Of a stretch of 64,000 bases of DNA, positions 20,368 through 30,941 are shown one piece after another. Made by a program: the position numbers and the translations under genes. The notes below the pieces were generated by a model, which saw only the letters and a list, made by a program, of their open reading frames with translations, was not told where the DNA came from and searched no databases. Position 1 is the first letter of the stretch. Every line of letters starts with the position of its first letter. The stretch comes from Sedimenticolaceae bacterium. GTDB lineage: Bacteria; Pseudomonadota; Gammaproteobacteria; Chromatiales; Chromatiaceae. The stretch spans positions 12,067 through 76,066 of the forward strand of contig JBNKDM010000002.1 in assembly GCA_050288245.1 (NCBI GenBank), written 5' to 3'.

Positions 20368-21198
20368 ATGGCGAGTACACTAGTCAAGCGGGTTGTAACG
20401 GCCGGCGTTCTAATCCCGGTTGTTATCGTGGCAATCCTGTTTCTGCCGACAGCATATCTGGCTCTATGTTTCGCAGTCATTGCCTTGATGGGGGGGGTAG
20501 AGTGGAGTGATCTTGCAGGTATTTCCGGTAAATACGCCAAGATTTTGTATCTTCTGTTTTTGGCCCTTTGTCTATGGGGGGCATACGAATTAGTTGCATA
20601 TCCCTGGTTCACCTACTGGTTTTTTCTGACAGTTGCCATTATGTGGATGCTAATTGCAGTCAGCATCTTCGGATACACACATATAGAAAAGGCAAATCCC
20701 GGACCTGGGGTAATACGCGTGCTTCTGGGGCCGGTTATTTTAACCCCGCTATGGGCCGCTCTGGTGGTAATGCATGGACAGGTAAAAGATGGTCCGTCGT
20801 ACCTTTTTTTCCTGATGCTCCTGATCTGGGTGGCTGATAGCGCGGCATATTTTGCAGGACGCCGATGGGGCAGGCATAAACTGGCCCCAGTGATCAGCCC
20901 GGGAAAGAGCTGGGAAGGTGTTTATGGGGCGCTGTTTGGCGCTACTGTCTGTGGGCTTCTGCTAACCTGGTATCAAAGTGATACTGCTGGTGTCATTTGG
21001 CTGGTGCCGGTATGTATATTAACCGTGCTGATGTCGATCGTAGGTGATCTGTTTGAGAGCATTATGAAGCGTAAAGTGGATATGAAAGACAGCGGGACAC
21101 TGTTGCCTGGACATGGCGGCGTACTGGATCGCATTGATAGCCTGACGGCTGCGGCTCCGGTGTTTCTGGTAGGTTTACAATTAGTGATTGGCTCTTGA
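20368..21198 (+). CDS. cdsA: Phosphatidate cytidylyltransferase
   Basis: Polytopic membrane protein with the CTP-transferase signature [28 protein letters not shown]. Confidence 0.95.
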   Translation: MASTLVKRVVTAGVLIPVVIVAILFLPTAYLALCFAVIALMGGVEWSDLAGISGKYAKILYLLFLALCLWGAYELVAYPWFTYWFFLTVAIMWMLIAVSIFGYTHIEKANPGPGVIRVLLGPVILTPLWAALVVMHGQVKDGPSYLFFLMLLIWVADSAAYFAGRRWGRHKLAPVISPGKSWEGVYGALFGATVCGLLLTWYQSDTAGVIWLVPVCILTVLMSIVGDLFESIMKRKVDMKDSGTLLPGHGGVLDRIDSLTAAAPVFLVGLQLVIGS

Positions 21199-22403
21199 GT
21201 ATCGTTGGTGTAACAATTCTCGGCTCAACCGGATCTATCGGTAAGAGCACCCTTGATGTGCTACGGATGCATCCGGAAAGGTATGAAGTTATTGCCTTGA
21301 CAGCAAATCGTAATGCAGAGGAGCTGCTGCTGCAGTGTATAGAGTTCCGCCCCAGATATGCGGTATTGGCGGATACTGGTGCGGTTTCTGACATACATCA
21401 GCGCTTTAAGGAGCTCTCTCCAGAAACTGAACTGTTATCCGGGCATGAGTCTCTGGAATTTGTAGCACAGTTGCCTGAGGCCATATATGTAATGGCAGCC
21501 ATCGTGGGGGCGGCCGGACTGTTACCGGCTCTGGCGGCCGTCCGGACAGGTAAGAAGTTGTTGCTGGCTAATAAGGAGGCGCTGGTTATGTCAGGCAGCC
21601 TGTTTATGGATGAGGCCAAGCGCAACCGTGCCAAGATTCTACCCATAGACAGTGAACACAATGCTGTTTTTCAGTGTATGCCTGCCGATTTTGCCCGTGG
21701 GCTGCATGAGGTTGGCGTAAGACGGATACTTCTTACTGCCTCCGGTGGCCCATTTAGGACAACACCCATGGATGAGTTGGATAAGGTTACACCTCAGCAG
21801 GCCTGTTCTCACCCGAACTGGGATATGGGGCGGAAGATCTCAGTCGATTCTGCCACCATGATGAACAAGGGTCTGGAGGTGATTGAGGCATGCCTGCTGT
21901 TCAATGCCAATCCGGATGATGTCCAGGTGGTGCTGCACCCCCAAAGCCTGATTCACTCCATGGTTGAGTATACCGATGGGTCAACCCTGGCCCAGATGGG
22001 CAATCCTGACATGCGTACCCCCATCGCCCACGCCTTGGCATGGCCTGACCGGATCGAATCAGGTGTTCCCGGACTTGATCTGTTTTCTGCAGGCAGGCTG
22101 GATTTTGAACCGCCGGATGAATATCGTTTTCCCTGTCTGGCCCTAGCCTACAGTGCGGTACGTGCTGGTGGTAGTGCCCCGGCAGCACTTAATGCCGCGA
22201 ACGAGATAGCTGTGGAGGCATTTTTGGATTCCAGGATTGCCTTCACTTCAATCAAAGACGTCATCACTGCAGTGATGGATCAGATGCCTGTAGTTGAGGT
22301 TACCGGGATTGAACAGATCCTGGAGATAGACTCGCAGGCACGGGCCCTGGCCAGGCGATCAATAATGAACAAAAGCCGTAAATCGGGTGTCTCTGAGTCA
22401 TGA
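21195..22403 (+). CDS. dxr: 1-deoxy-D-xylulose-5-phosphate reductoisomerase
   Basis: [10 protein letters not shown]-terminal motif and LANKEALV...IDSEHNA...NKGLEVIEA. The TTG start overlaps the cdsA stop (TTGA). Confidence 0.96.
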   Translation: MSIVGVTILGSTGSIGKSTLDVLRMHPERYEVIALTANRNAEELLLQCIEFRPRYAVLADTGAVSDIHQRFKELSPETELLSGHESLEFVAQLPEAIYVMAAIVGAAGLLPALAAVRTGKKLLLANKEALVMSGSLFMDEAKRNRAKILPIDSEHNAVFQCMPADFARGLHEVGVRRILLTASGGPFRTTPMDELDKVTPQQACSHPNWDMGRKISVDSATMMNKGLEVIEACLLFNANPDDVQVVLHPQSLIHSMVEYTDGSTLAQMGNPDMRTPIAHALAWPDRIESGVPGLDLFSAGRLDFEPPDEYRFPCLALAYSAVRAGGSAPAALNAANEIAVEAFLDSRIAFTSIKDVITAVMDQMPVVEVTGIEQILEIDSQARALARRSIMNKSRKSGVSES

Positions 22404-23764
22404 ATTCTATCCTCTTTTCCATAGCATCATTCGTTGTTGCCCTGGCGATATTAATCACGGCACATGAGTTTGGGCATTTCTGGGTCGCACGGCGCCTTGG
22501 GGTCAAGGTGCTACGTTTTTCTATCGGATTTGGACCGGCTCTGTGGAAGCGCACCAGCAAGGTGGATGCCACTGAGTATGTGGTGGCGGCTGTCCCATTG
22601 GGTGGTTATGTAAAGATGTTGGACGAACGTGAGGGAGAGGTGGCCGAAGAAGAGTTACCACGGGCCTTTAACCGGCAATCACTCCCTGTACGCACTGCTG
22701 TAGTAGTGGCCGGGCCACTGTTTAATTTTCTGTTTGCTATCCTGGCTTACTGGATGGTGTTTGTCTCTGGGGATGTTGGCACCAAACCGGTTATCGGCGA
22801 GGTTACCCCCTCTACCATTGCCGCACAGGCCGGTTTTCAGGTCGGGGACGAGATATTGGCTGTTTCCAACAGGGTTACTGGAACCTGGGAGTCGGTTGTT
22901 TACACCCTTTTGTCTGAATCAGCTGGTGACAGCGATGTTGTCCTCAAGGTGCGAACTGCCAATGGAAATATGCTAGACCGCACTCTTCCGGTTAAACAGC
23001 TCGCAGGATTGATGGAGCGTGATGACTTTATCGGCAGTGTGGGTTTGCAGGTGCGGCGCCCGGAACTTCCGGCTGTAATCGGTGAGTTGCTACCTGGGGA
23101 GGCCGCTAAAAGTTCCGGTTTGCTGGTTGGAGACAGGGTTTTGACCGTTGCCGGAACCGAAGTTTCGGACTGGTCTGGCTTTGTGAACTATGTTCAGAAA
23201 CATCCTGATCAGACCGCCCAGATTACGCTGGAGCGTGCTAACCGGGTTTTGACGCTGGAGCTGCATATTGGACACAGGAGTGTCGGTGAGCATGTCATCG
23301 GTCGTATCGGAGCAGGTCCACATGTACCTGACGGGGTGTTCGATCAGTACATATCTGAGGAGAAATTCGGCCCCATAGCCGCAGTTGGGGCGTCTCTGGC
23401 CAAAACCAGGGATATGACGGTTTTCATGCTCCGCATGCTTGGGAAGATGGTAACCGGGCATGCCTCCCTGGACAACCTGGGAGGGCCAATATCCATTGCA
23501 CAGACCGCCGGCAAGTCCGCCAGTATAGGATTTGTCTATTTTCTGAAATTTTTGGCAATTGTAAGTATCAGTCTTGGGGTACTGAATCTGTTGCCTGTTC
23601 CAGTACTGGATGGGGGGCATCTGCTGTTCTTTCTGGTCGAGGCGGTAAAGGGTTCTCCAGCTTCGGAACAGGCACAATTACTGGGACAAAAAATCGGAAT
23701 AATGGCCCTGATCCTATTGATGGGACTGGCTTTTTATGTTGATATCTCCAGGTTACTGGGATAG
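22400..23764 (+). CDS. rseP: Site-2 intramembrane zinc metalloprotease RseP
   Basis: HEFGH zinc motif at the N-terminus, central PDZ region, and a C-terminal [12 protein letters not shown] motif. ATGA overlap with dxr. Confidence 0.96.
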   Translation: MNSILFSIASFVVALAILITAHEFGHFWVARRLGVKVLRFSIGFGPALWKRTSKVDATEYVVAAVPLGGYVKMLDEREGEVAEEELPRAFNRQSLPVRTAVVVAGPLFNFLFAILAYWMVFVSGDVGTKPVIGEVTPSTIAAQAGFQVGDEILAVSNRVTGTWESVVYTLLSESAGDSDVVLKVRTANGNMLDRTLPVKQLAGLMERDDFIGSVGLQVRRPELPAVIGELLPGEAAKSSGLLVGDRVLTVAGTEVSDWSGFVNYVQKHPDQTAQITLERANRVLTLELHIGHRSVGEHVIGRIGAGPHVPDGVFDQYISEEKFGPIAAVGASLAKTRDMTVFMLRMLGKMVTGHASLDNLGGPISIAQTAGKSASIGFVYFLKFLAIVSISLGVLNLLPVPVLDGGHLLFFLVEAVKGSPASEQAQLLGQKIGIMALILLMGLAFYVDISRLLG

Positions 23765-23879
23765 TGAGTAAAGTTCAATTATAATGCGGTACCATGTGTG
23801 GTGACGTTTGGTGGGTGATGCTGGTTTAATTTTGCCTTATTAAGCTAAATAATCCTTAAAATACGAGAAGTTACAATAA

Positions 23880-26180
23880 ATGCAGCTGATAAATAAAAAA
23901 TTACTAACGCTTATAATGCTGGTCATCTTCTCTCTTCCTGCCAGTGTTATGGCAGATGCATTCGTGATTAAAGATATACGCGTTGAGGGGCTACAGCGTA
24001 TCTCAGCAGGAACAGTCTTTAATCATATCCCGGTCAAGATCGGCGAACGCATCGAGTCGGAGCAGAGCTCTTCCATCATCAGAGAGCTGTATAAAACCGG
24101 TTTTTTCAAGGATGTGCGTCTGGAACGGCAGGGTGATGTACTGATAGTTTTTGTGCAAGAGCGTCCGGCAATCGCAAAGATCAACATTACCGGTAACGAT
24201 TCCATGGAGACGGATGGGCTGCTCGCCGGATTGAAGGATATTGGTCTGGCAGAGGGACGCGTGTTTAATAACTCTGTCTTGGACAAGATCGAACAGGAAC
24301 TACGGCGCCAGTATTTCAACAACGGTAAATATGGGGTCAAGCTGCAATCTACGGTCACCCCGCTGGAACGCAATCGGGTTGCTGTGGACATCTCTATAGT
24401 TGAAGGCGCTGTTGCCAAGATCAAACGCATCAACATCGTGGGTAATACCTCCTTTGATGAGGAGGATCTACTGGAGAAGTTTAAATTAGGCACCAGTTCG
24501 CTGTTGTCCCGGGTGACGAAGAACGATCAATACTCCAAACAGAAATTGTCGGCTGATCTTGAGACATTACGTTCATACTATCTGGATCGTGGTTATATCA
24601 ATTTCAAGATTGATTCTACCCAAGTATCCATCAGCCCCGATAAGAGTGATATCTACATAACGATCAATATTACAGAAGGCAAGGTCTATACCTTGAGCGA
24701 TATCAAACTTGCCGGGCGGCTTGCTGTTCCCAAAGAGGAGATCTTTCCACTGATACATTTGAGCCGTGGAGATATCTTTTCACGCAAGGATGTAGTGGAT
24801 AGTTCTGACAGGATCAATAATCTGCTGGGTAAGAACGGATATGCCTTTGCCAATGTAAACAGCATTCCAGAGATCGATGAGAAGGCCGGTAAGGTAGCCA
24901 TTACCTTCTTTGTTGATCCGGGAAAGAGGGTGTATGTAAGGCAGGTCAACTTCCGCGGAAACAGCAATACCAGGGACGAGGTGCTGCGTCGAGAGATGAG
25001 GCAGATGGAGTCTGCCTGGTTCTCCTCAGAACAGGTTAAAACATCCAAAGAGCGTCTGCAGCGTCTGGGCTACTTCGATTCAGTAACTGTTGAGACCCCT
25101 GCAGTACCAGGTTCGGCAGATCAGGTTGACGTGAATGTCACCGTAAAAGAGAAGCAGACCGGAAGCATCATGGCCGGTATCGGCTGGTCACGGTCAGACG
25201 GCATACTGTTCAATTCCAGCATCTCCGAGAAGAACTTTCTCGGTACTGGTAAGCAGGTTATGTTTGGTTTCAATAACAGTAGTTCCGCCCAGCACTACCA
25301 GTTGGGATACGTCAATCCCTATTACACCGTGGATGGCATAAGCCGTGGTTTCGATCTGATGTACAAGAAGACAGACTTTGGCGATGTGGACACCGCTAAA
25401 TACAGAACAGATGTGGCAAGTGCCGGGGTCAACTTTGGTATCCCGCTGAATGAATTCGATCGTGTGAGGTTTGACTTTAAGATCGTCAATACCGTTTTTA
25501 ATGTTAATAATGATCCTGGCTACGTATCTGATGAAGTGCTGGCATTCAAAAATAGCAATGGTGATGATTTCGTAGATTATCAGGTAGGTGTTAGCTGGAG
25601 TCACGACTCGCGCGACTCCTCCCTGTTTCCTACCACGGGTGGGATGCAGCGGCTATCTGCGGAGGCGACAATTCCTGGCAGTGATCTGGAATACTACAAG
25701 CTCGAATACTCACACAGACGCTACTTCCCTATGTCTGAATCCCTGACCCTCTCTTTGAATGGCGAGGTCGGCTATGGTGACGGCTATGGTAATACCAGCA
25801 AACTGCCGTTCTTCAAGAACTACTTCGGTGGCGGCACCAAGTCCATAAGAGGATTCAAGGATTACAGTCTGGGCCCACGTGACTCACTAAATGACCCACT
25901 CGGCGGCAATCTTAAGATCCTAGGTAATGTAGAGGTGCTGTTCCCGGACCCATTTGATCTGGCTCCAGAAACCGTACGTTTGGGAGCCTTCTTTGATCTT
26001 GGCAATGTATATGACACCGATGGTGAGATAGATGTTGGAGATCTGCGCTACTCAACCGGCCTGTCGCTGAAATGGCTCTCACCTATGGGACCACTGGGTT
26101 TTGTCCTGGCTCTGCCGTTAAACGACAAAAGTGGTGATGAAACGGAGAACTTCCAATTCACTTTCGGTACTGCATTCTAA
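23880..26180 (+). CDS. bamA: Outer-membrane protein assembly factor BamA
   Basis: 766 aa with a signal peptide, POTRA repeats starting FVIKDIRVEGLQRIS, and a C-terminal beta-barrel ending FQFTFGTAF. Confidence 0.97.
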   Translation: MQLINKKLLTLIMLVIFSLPASVMADAFVIKDIRVEGLQRISAGTVFNHIPVKIGERIESEQSSSIIRELYKTGFFKDVRLERQGDVLIVFVQERPAIAKINITGNDSMETDGLLAGLKDIGLAEGRVFNNSVLDKIEQELRRQYFNNGKYGVKLQSTVTPLERNRVAVDISIVEGAVAKIKRINIVGNTSFDEEDLLEKFKLGTSSLLSRVTKNDQYSKQKLSADLETLRSYYLDRGYINFKIDSTQVSISPDKSDIYITINITEGKVYTLSDIKLAGRLAVPKEEIFPLIHLSRGDIFSRKDVVDSSDRINNLLGKNGYAFANVNSIPEIDEKAGKVAITFFVDPGKRVYVRQVNFRGNSNTRDEVLRREMRQMESAWFSSEQVKTSKERLQRLGYFDSVTVETPAVPGSADQVDVNVTVKEKQTGSIMAGIGWSRSDGILFNSSISEKNFLGTGKQVMFGFNNSSSAQHYQLGYVNPYYTVDGISRGFDLMYKKTDFGDVDTAKYRTDVASAGVNFGIPLNEFDRVRFDFKIVNTVFNVNNDPGYVSDEVLAFKNSNGDDFVDYQVGVSWSHDSRDSSLFPTTGGMQRLSAEATIPGSDLEYYKLEYSHRRYFPMSESLTLSLNGEVGYGDGYGNTSKLPFFKNYFGGGTKSIRGFKDYSLGPRDSLNDPLGGNLKILGNVEVLFPDPFDLAPETVRLGAFFDLGNVYDTDGEIDVGDLRYSTGLSLKWLSPMGPLGFVLALPLNDKSGDETENFQFTFGTAF

Positions 26181-26200
26181 AATAATACTGGAGAATAGTT

Positions 26201-26722
26201 TTGAAAAAGTCAGCAATCATTTTGATGTCCATATGCCTGTTTTTTGTTTTTGGTGTCGGCATTGCTCAAGCAGAGAAAATCGCCTTTGTGAATACCGAAA
26301 AGGTGGTAAAAAAATCCCCGCAGTCCGCAAGCATCCTAAAGGCGTTGGAATCTGAATTTAAGAAGCGCAATGACTCTCTGTTGAATCAGCGCAAAAAGCT
26401 TAAGAAACTGGAAGAGAAGTTAACCAAGGATCAGGCAATTATGAGCTCATCTGAAGCAAAGAATGTTGAACAGGATATACGTCGTCTGCGTCGTGAGCTG
26501 AATAATTCCAGTGCGGAATTTCGTGAGGACCTGAATCTGCGTCGCTCAGAAGAGGTAAATAAACTGTTACGTAAGATATCTGAGGTGGTGATTGCTATCG
26601 GCAAGCGTGAGAAGATAGATATCATTCTTAGTGCCGGAGTAGCATATGCCAATGATAGTGTTGATATATCTGATAAGGTGCTGAAGCAGCTGGAACAGGA
26701 TTACAACAAAGGCAAAAAATAA
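26201..26722 (+). CDS. skp: Periplasmic chaperone Skp (OmpH)
   Basis: Signal peptide plus a Lys/Glu-rich coiled-coil body of 173 aa, between bamA and lpxD. TTG start after GGAGAA. Confidence 0.9.
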   Translation: MKKSAIILMSICLFFVFGVGIAQAEKIAFVNTEKVVKKSPQSASILKALESEFKKRNDSLLNQRKKLKKLEEKLTKDQAIMSSSEAKNVEQDIRRLRRELNNSSAEFREDLNLRRSEEVNKLLRKISEVVIAIGKREKIDIILSAGVAYANDSVDISDKVLKQLEQDYNKGKK

Positions 26723-26737
26723 GCTGGAGACGCCAGC

Positions 26738-27778
26738 TTGAATTTTCGACTGGGAGAACTGGCTGAATTAGTTGGAGCAAGACTGCATGGAGATGCAGAC
26801 ACTCTGGTCAGCAGTGTCGGTACGTTACAGGATGCACAGGCCGGCACAATCAGTTTTCTCACAAATAGCAAATACCGGAAGTATCTAAAAACCACATCGG
26901 CAACCGCTGTGATACTCGGAGAGGAGTTTCTCGATGAGTGTCCGGTGTTTGCGTTGGTCTGTAGCAATCCTCATCTTGCCTACGCGCGCATTAGCGCCCA
27001 TATACAGCCTAAACTTGAAACAGAGGCTGGGCGGCACAAAGCCGCGTGGATCTCAGATGGAGCAGTCGTTGATCCCAGTGCCTGGATTGGCCCTGGTGCG
27101 ATAATAGATGTTGGCGCCAGGATAGGAGCCGGAGTATTTATCGGCCCTGGCTGTGTAGTATCTGCAGATGTGACCATTGCTGCGGAATCAACATTGGTAG
27201 CGAACGTAACCCTGTGTCACGGGGTGACAATAGGGCAAAGAGTATTGATTCATCCTGGTGCTGTGATTGGCAGCGACGGTTTCGGACTGGCCAATGATAA
27301 CGGAGTTTGGGTCAAGGTGCCGCAGCTCGGAAGTGTGGTTGTCGGTGATGATGTGGAGATAGGAGCCAATACAACCATTGATCGTGGGGCGTTACGAGAT
27401 ACTGTCATCAGCAATGGTGTGAAGCTGGATAATCAGATACAGATTGCTCACAACGTCGAGATAGGTGAAAACACGGCTATAGCGGCATGTACCGGTATTG
27501 CTGGTTCCACTCGCATCGGAAAGAATTCAACCCTCGGTGGTGGACTGGGTATCGTCGGGCATCTGGAGATCGCAGACGATGTACATTTCTCAGCACAGAC
27601 TCTGGTGACCAGATCTATCAAAGAGCCCGGTTACTACAGCGGTAATCTGCCTGCTATGCCAAATAAAGAGTGGCGCAAGACCATCGCACATATCCGACAC
27701 TTGGATGATATGATGCAGAGACTTAAACGGTTGGAAAAGCAAATTGCTTCTCTCGGTGACAAACCTGATGATATCTAG
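26738..27778 (+). CDS. lpxD: UDP-3-O-acylglucosamine N-acyltransferase
   Basis: N-terminus LGELAELVGARLHGD and a long left-handed beta-helix of hexapeptide repeats. Fits the skp-lpxD-fabZ synteny. TTG start after GGAG. Confidence 0.95.
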   Translation: MNFRLGELAELVGARLHGDADTLVSSVGTLQDAQAGTISFLTNSKYRKYLKTTSATAVILGEEFLDECPVFALVCSNPHLAYARISAHIQPKLETEAGRHKAAWISDGAVVDPSAWIGPGAIIDVGARIGAGVFIGPGCVVSADVTIAAESTLVANVTLCHGVTIGQRVLIHPGAVIGSDGFGLANDNGVWVKVPQLGSVVVGDDVEIGANTTIDRGALRDTVISNGVKLDNQIQIAHNVEIGENTAIAACTGIAGSTRIGKNSTLGGGLGIVGHLEIADDVHFSAQTLVTRSIKEPGYYSGNLPAMPNKEWRKTIAHIRHLDDMMQRLKRLEKQIASLGDKPDDI

Positions 27779-27828
27779 GCAAAAAGGTAAATCTGAAATA
27801 AATCTTATCCCTAATGGAGGGTAGTATA

Positions 27829-28278
27829 TTGATAGGTATGGACATACAAAAGGTGCTGAGTATATTGCCGCATCGCTACCCTTTTTTGTTGATAGACCGG
27901 GTGCTGGAGTTTGAAAAGGATAAGCGTCTATTAGCGATTAAAAATGTTACCTACAATGAGCCCTTCTTTAACGGGCACTTCCCGGTTAAACCAGTTATGC
28001 CCGGCGTGTTGATCATCGAGGCAATGGCACAAGGCACCGGGCTGCTTGCTGGTGCTTCAAATCCGGAGACAGTTACCGACACATCAATCTACCTGTTCGT
28101 TGGAATTGATAAGGCCAGATTTAAACGGCCGGTGGGACCGGGAGACCAAATTCATATTGAGGTGGTGCAAAAGGATGTTAAGCGAGGTATAGGCATATTC
28201 GATTGCGTTGCCACAGTGGACGGCAAAGTGGTCTGCACTGCAGATATTATGTGTACATCGAGGGATGTAAAAGAGTGA
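27829..28278 (+). CDS. fabZ: 3-hydroxyacyl-ACP dehydratase FabZ (start ambiguous: ATG 27814, TTG 27829 or ATG 27838)
   Basis: [13 protein letters not shown] and [29 protein letters not shown] 27829 lies 7 nt after the strong SD GGAGGG (27816-27821). Confidence 0.93.
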   Translation: MIGMDIQKVLSILPHRYPFLLIDRVLEFEKDKRLLAIKNVTYNEPFFNGHFPVKPVMPGVLIIEAMAQGTGLLAGASNPETVTDTSIYLFVGIDKARFKRPVGPGDQIHIEVVQKDVKRGIGIFDCVATVDGKVVCTADIMCTSRDVKE

Positions 28279-29045
28279 TAGATAACAGAGCGGTCGTTGA
28301 TCCGAAGGCCGAAATTGATGAAGGTGTATCTATTGGTCCTTTCAGCGTAATAGGACCTGGTGTTCAGATTGGGCGAGGAACAGAGATTGGATCACACGCA
28401 GTAATTAAGGGGCCAACCAGGATTGGAGTTGATAATAAGATATTTCAGTTCTCATCGATTGGTGAGGACCCGCAGGATAAGAAGTATGCCGGGGAAGAGA
28501 CATCTCTGGAGATAGGCGATCGTAACACCATACGAGAGTTTGTCACCATAAACCGCGGCACCGCACAGGACGCAATAGCAACGCGTTTGGGCAGCGATAA
28601 TCTGTTAATGGCCTATACGCATATTGCTCATGATTGCCAAGTGGGAAACCATACCATCATGGCGAATGCTGCCTCCCTGGCTGGGCATGTGCACTTGGAT
28701 GATTGGGCTATCCTCGGAGGTTTTTGTACGGTACATCAGTTTTGTCATATCGGCGCGCATAGCTTTTCCGGTCTGAATAGCACTATCAAGCGTGATATTC
28801 CGCCATATGTATTGACTGATGGTAATCCGGCCAAACCTCATGGCATCAATTCAGAAGGGTTGCGCCGTCGCGGGTTTAGTGACGAATCTATCCAGCAAAT
28901 CAAACGCGCTTATAAGATAATATATAAGAAGCAGTTGAGATTGGCAGATGCGATCAATTCCATACAGCAGATGGCAGATGAGTGCCCAGAACTCGTAGTG
29001 ATGGCAGAGTTTTTTCAAGGTTGTGAGAGAAGTATTGTCCGCTGA
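28275..29045 (+). CDS. lpxA: Acyl-ACP--UDP-N-acetylglucosamine O-acyltransferase
   Basis: [30 protein letters not shown] hexapeptide helix and a C-terminal helical domain. The GTG overlaps the fabZ stop (GTGA). The ORF-track start at 28203 would overlap fabZ by 76 nt. Confidence 0.94.
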   Translation: MIDNRAVVDPKAEIDEGVSIGPFSVIGPGVQIGRGTEIGSHAVIKGPTRIGVDNKIFQFSSIGEDPQDKKYAGEETSLEIGDRNTIREFVTINRGTAQDAIATRLGSDNLLMAYTHIAHDCQVGNHTIMANAASLAGHVHLDDWAILGGFCTVHQFCHIGAHSFSGLNSTIKRDIPPYVLTDGNPAKPHGINSEGLRRRGFSDESIQQIKRAYKIIYKKQLRLADAINSIQQMADECPELVVMAEFFQGCERSIVR

Positions 29046-30222
29046 GAATAGTGTCCTGAGGGTCGGCATAGTAGCCAACGAAGTATCTGGTGATATGCTC
29101 GGTGCGGGATTGATGCGAGAGTTGCAGGCCAGAGTTCCGGATGTTGTGTTTGAAGGGATAGCCGGTCAGAAGATGCAGGAGCAGGGGTGCAGGTCGCTTT
29201 ATCCCTTGGAGAAGCTCTCGGTGATGGGATTGGTCGAGGTTATCAAGCATCTCCCAGAGATATTGGCAATCAGACGGGATATTCGCAACCATTTCCTGAA
29301 ACATCCACCGGACCTGTTTATCGGGATCGACGGACCGGATTTTAATCTTACTCTGGAACGGGACCTGCGAAACGCAGGTATTACTACGATCCACTATGTC
29401 TGTCCCTCGGTCTGGGCCTGGCGCTCAGGACGGGTAAATAAGATACGTACATCGGTCAATCTGGTTCTGAGTCTGTTTCCTTTCGAAAAGAGTTTCCTGG
29501 AGCAGCATGGGGTTCCAGCAGTATGCGTTGGTCATCCGTTAGCTGATGATATCCCTCTGGAGCCAGATCAACATGGCGCCAGAGAACGCCTGGGAATAGA
29601 TGTAAGCGCAAAAGTCATTGCGATCCTTCCCGGTAGTAGGGGTAGTGAAGTCAGAGCCTTGAGTGAGGACTTTATCCGGGCTGCCATGCTTTGCCGGGAG
29701 AGATATCCGGATATGCAGTTTGTAGTGCCTTTGGTCAACCGACGCATCAGGGATAAGTTTGAACAGATATTACAGCTCGTGGCGCCAGCACTGCCAGTAA
29801 TCCTTGTTGACGGTAACGCCCGTGATGTATTGCAATCAGCAGACGCTGTCTTGATTGCATCTGGTACTGCCACTCTGGAAGCACTACTGCTGAAACGTCC
29901 CATGGTAATCGCCTATCGTCTGCATTGGCTGAGTCATTGGATAATCAGACGCTTTAGGTTGTTAAAGGCACCATACGTGTCACTGGCGAATATGCTTGCT
30001 GGCAAAGAGATAGCTCCGGAGATTCTTCAAGATGATGTCAAGCCTGAGACTCTGGCAGAGGCCTTGATCAATATGCTTGAATCACCAGAGTATGCAGCCA
30101 CGGTTCTGCAGGTTGGCACCAGGGTTCATAACGAGCTTCGCCAGGACGCAAGCAGCAAGGCTGCAGATGCCGTACTTGATTTGTTACAATCAAAACAAAA
30201 AGTTACGGCGTCTTTCCAATAA
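29023..30222 (+). CDS. lpxB: Lipid-A-disaccharide synthase (start GTG 29023 or TTG 29035)
   Basis: [48 protein letters not shown] and LPGSRGSEV are collinear with E. coli LpxB. Confidence 0.95.
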   Translation: MREVLSAENSVLRVGIVANEVSGDMLGAGLMRELQARVPDVVFEGIAGQKMQEQGCRSLYPLEKLSVMGLVEVIKHLPEILAIRRDIRNHFLKHPPDLFIGIDGPDFNLTLERDLRNAGITTIHYVCPSVWAWRSGRVNKIRTSVNLVLSLFPFEKSFLEQHGVPAVCVGHPLADDIPLEPDQHGARERLGIDVSAKVIAILPGSRGSEVRALSEDFIRAAMLCRERYPDMQFVVPLVNRRIRDKFEQILQLVAPALPVILVDGNARDVLQSADAVLIASGTATLEALLLKRPMVIAYRLHWLSHWIIRRFRLLKAPYVSLANMLAGKEIAPEILQDDVKPETLAEALINMLESPEYAATVLQVGTRVHNELRQDASSKAADAVLDLLQSKQKVTASFQ

Positions 30223-30800
30223 TGTCCACCAATATCAAGATTGCCGGTGTTGATGAAGTCGGGCGTGGTCCCCTTGCCGGACCTGTGGTGGCTGCTGCGG
30301 TTATTCTTGATCCAAAACGGCCAATTGACGGTCTGGCAGATTCCAAAAAACTGAGCGAAAACAGACGTAATGCCCTGGATATCATAATAAGGGAAAATGC
30401 GCTGGCATGGTCCATAGGTAGGGCCGAGGTTGCAGAAATCGATCAGATCAACATACTGCAGGCATCGCTCCTGGCCATGCGGCGGGCTGTGGAGTCCCTG
30501 GCCATCTATCCCACACATGCCCTGATTGATGGCAACCGCTGTCCACAGTTGCTGTGTTCGGCAGAGGCGATAGTTGGTGGTGACAGTAGTGAACCTGCAA
30601 TCAGCGCTGCCTCTATCATCGCCAAGGTTGCCCGAGACCGGGAGATGGTGGAGATGGATCTGCAATATCCTGGATATGGTCTGGCCAAACACAAGGGGTA
30701 TCCCACCAAGGCCCACTTGCAGGCACTGCAGGAACATGGAGTTACCCCGATCCATCGTCGCTCCTTCGGACCGGTAAGGCGCCTGCTGGAGTTGGAATAA
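30222..30800 (+). CDS. rnhB: Ribonuclease HII
   Basis: [23 protein letters not shown] catalytic motif. TAATG overlap with lpxB. Confidence 0.96.
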   Translation: MSTNIKIAGVDEVGRGPLAGPVVAAAVILDPKRPIDGLADSKKLSENRRNALDIIIRENALAWSIGRAEVAEIDQINILQASLLAMRRAVESLAIYPTHALIDGNRCPQLLCSAEAIVGGDSSEPAISAASIIAKVARDREMVEMDLQYPGYGLAKHKGYPTKAHLQALQEHGVTPIHRRSFGPVRRLLELE

Positions 30801-30941
30801 GTCAAACTAGGTCGCTGAACAGTAGATTACTCCAACCCTGACACAAACATGGTTTAGGGCAGCGCGTTTACATAAAAACATCCTGTTTTTGGATTTCAGT
30901 GGAGGCACGGAATATCCAATTTCGGTATGATTAGAACCACT

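Noticed and set aside
23822-23836. Sigma54-like TGGtttaattTTGCC upstream of bamA.
   Set aside because: The GG-to-GC offset is 11 rather than 12, and bamA is not expected to be RpoN-dependent.
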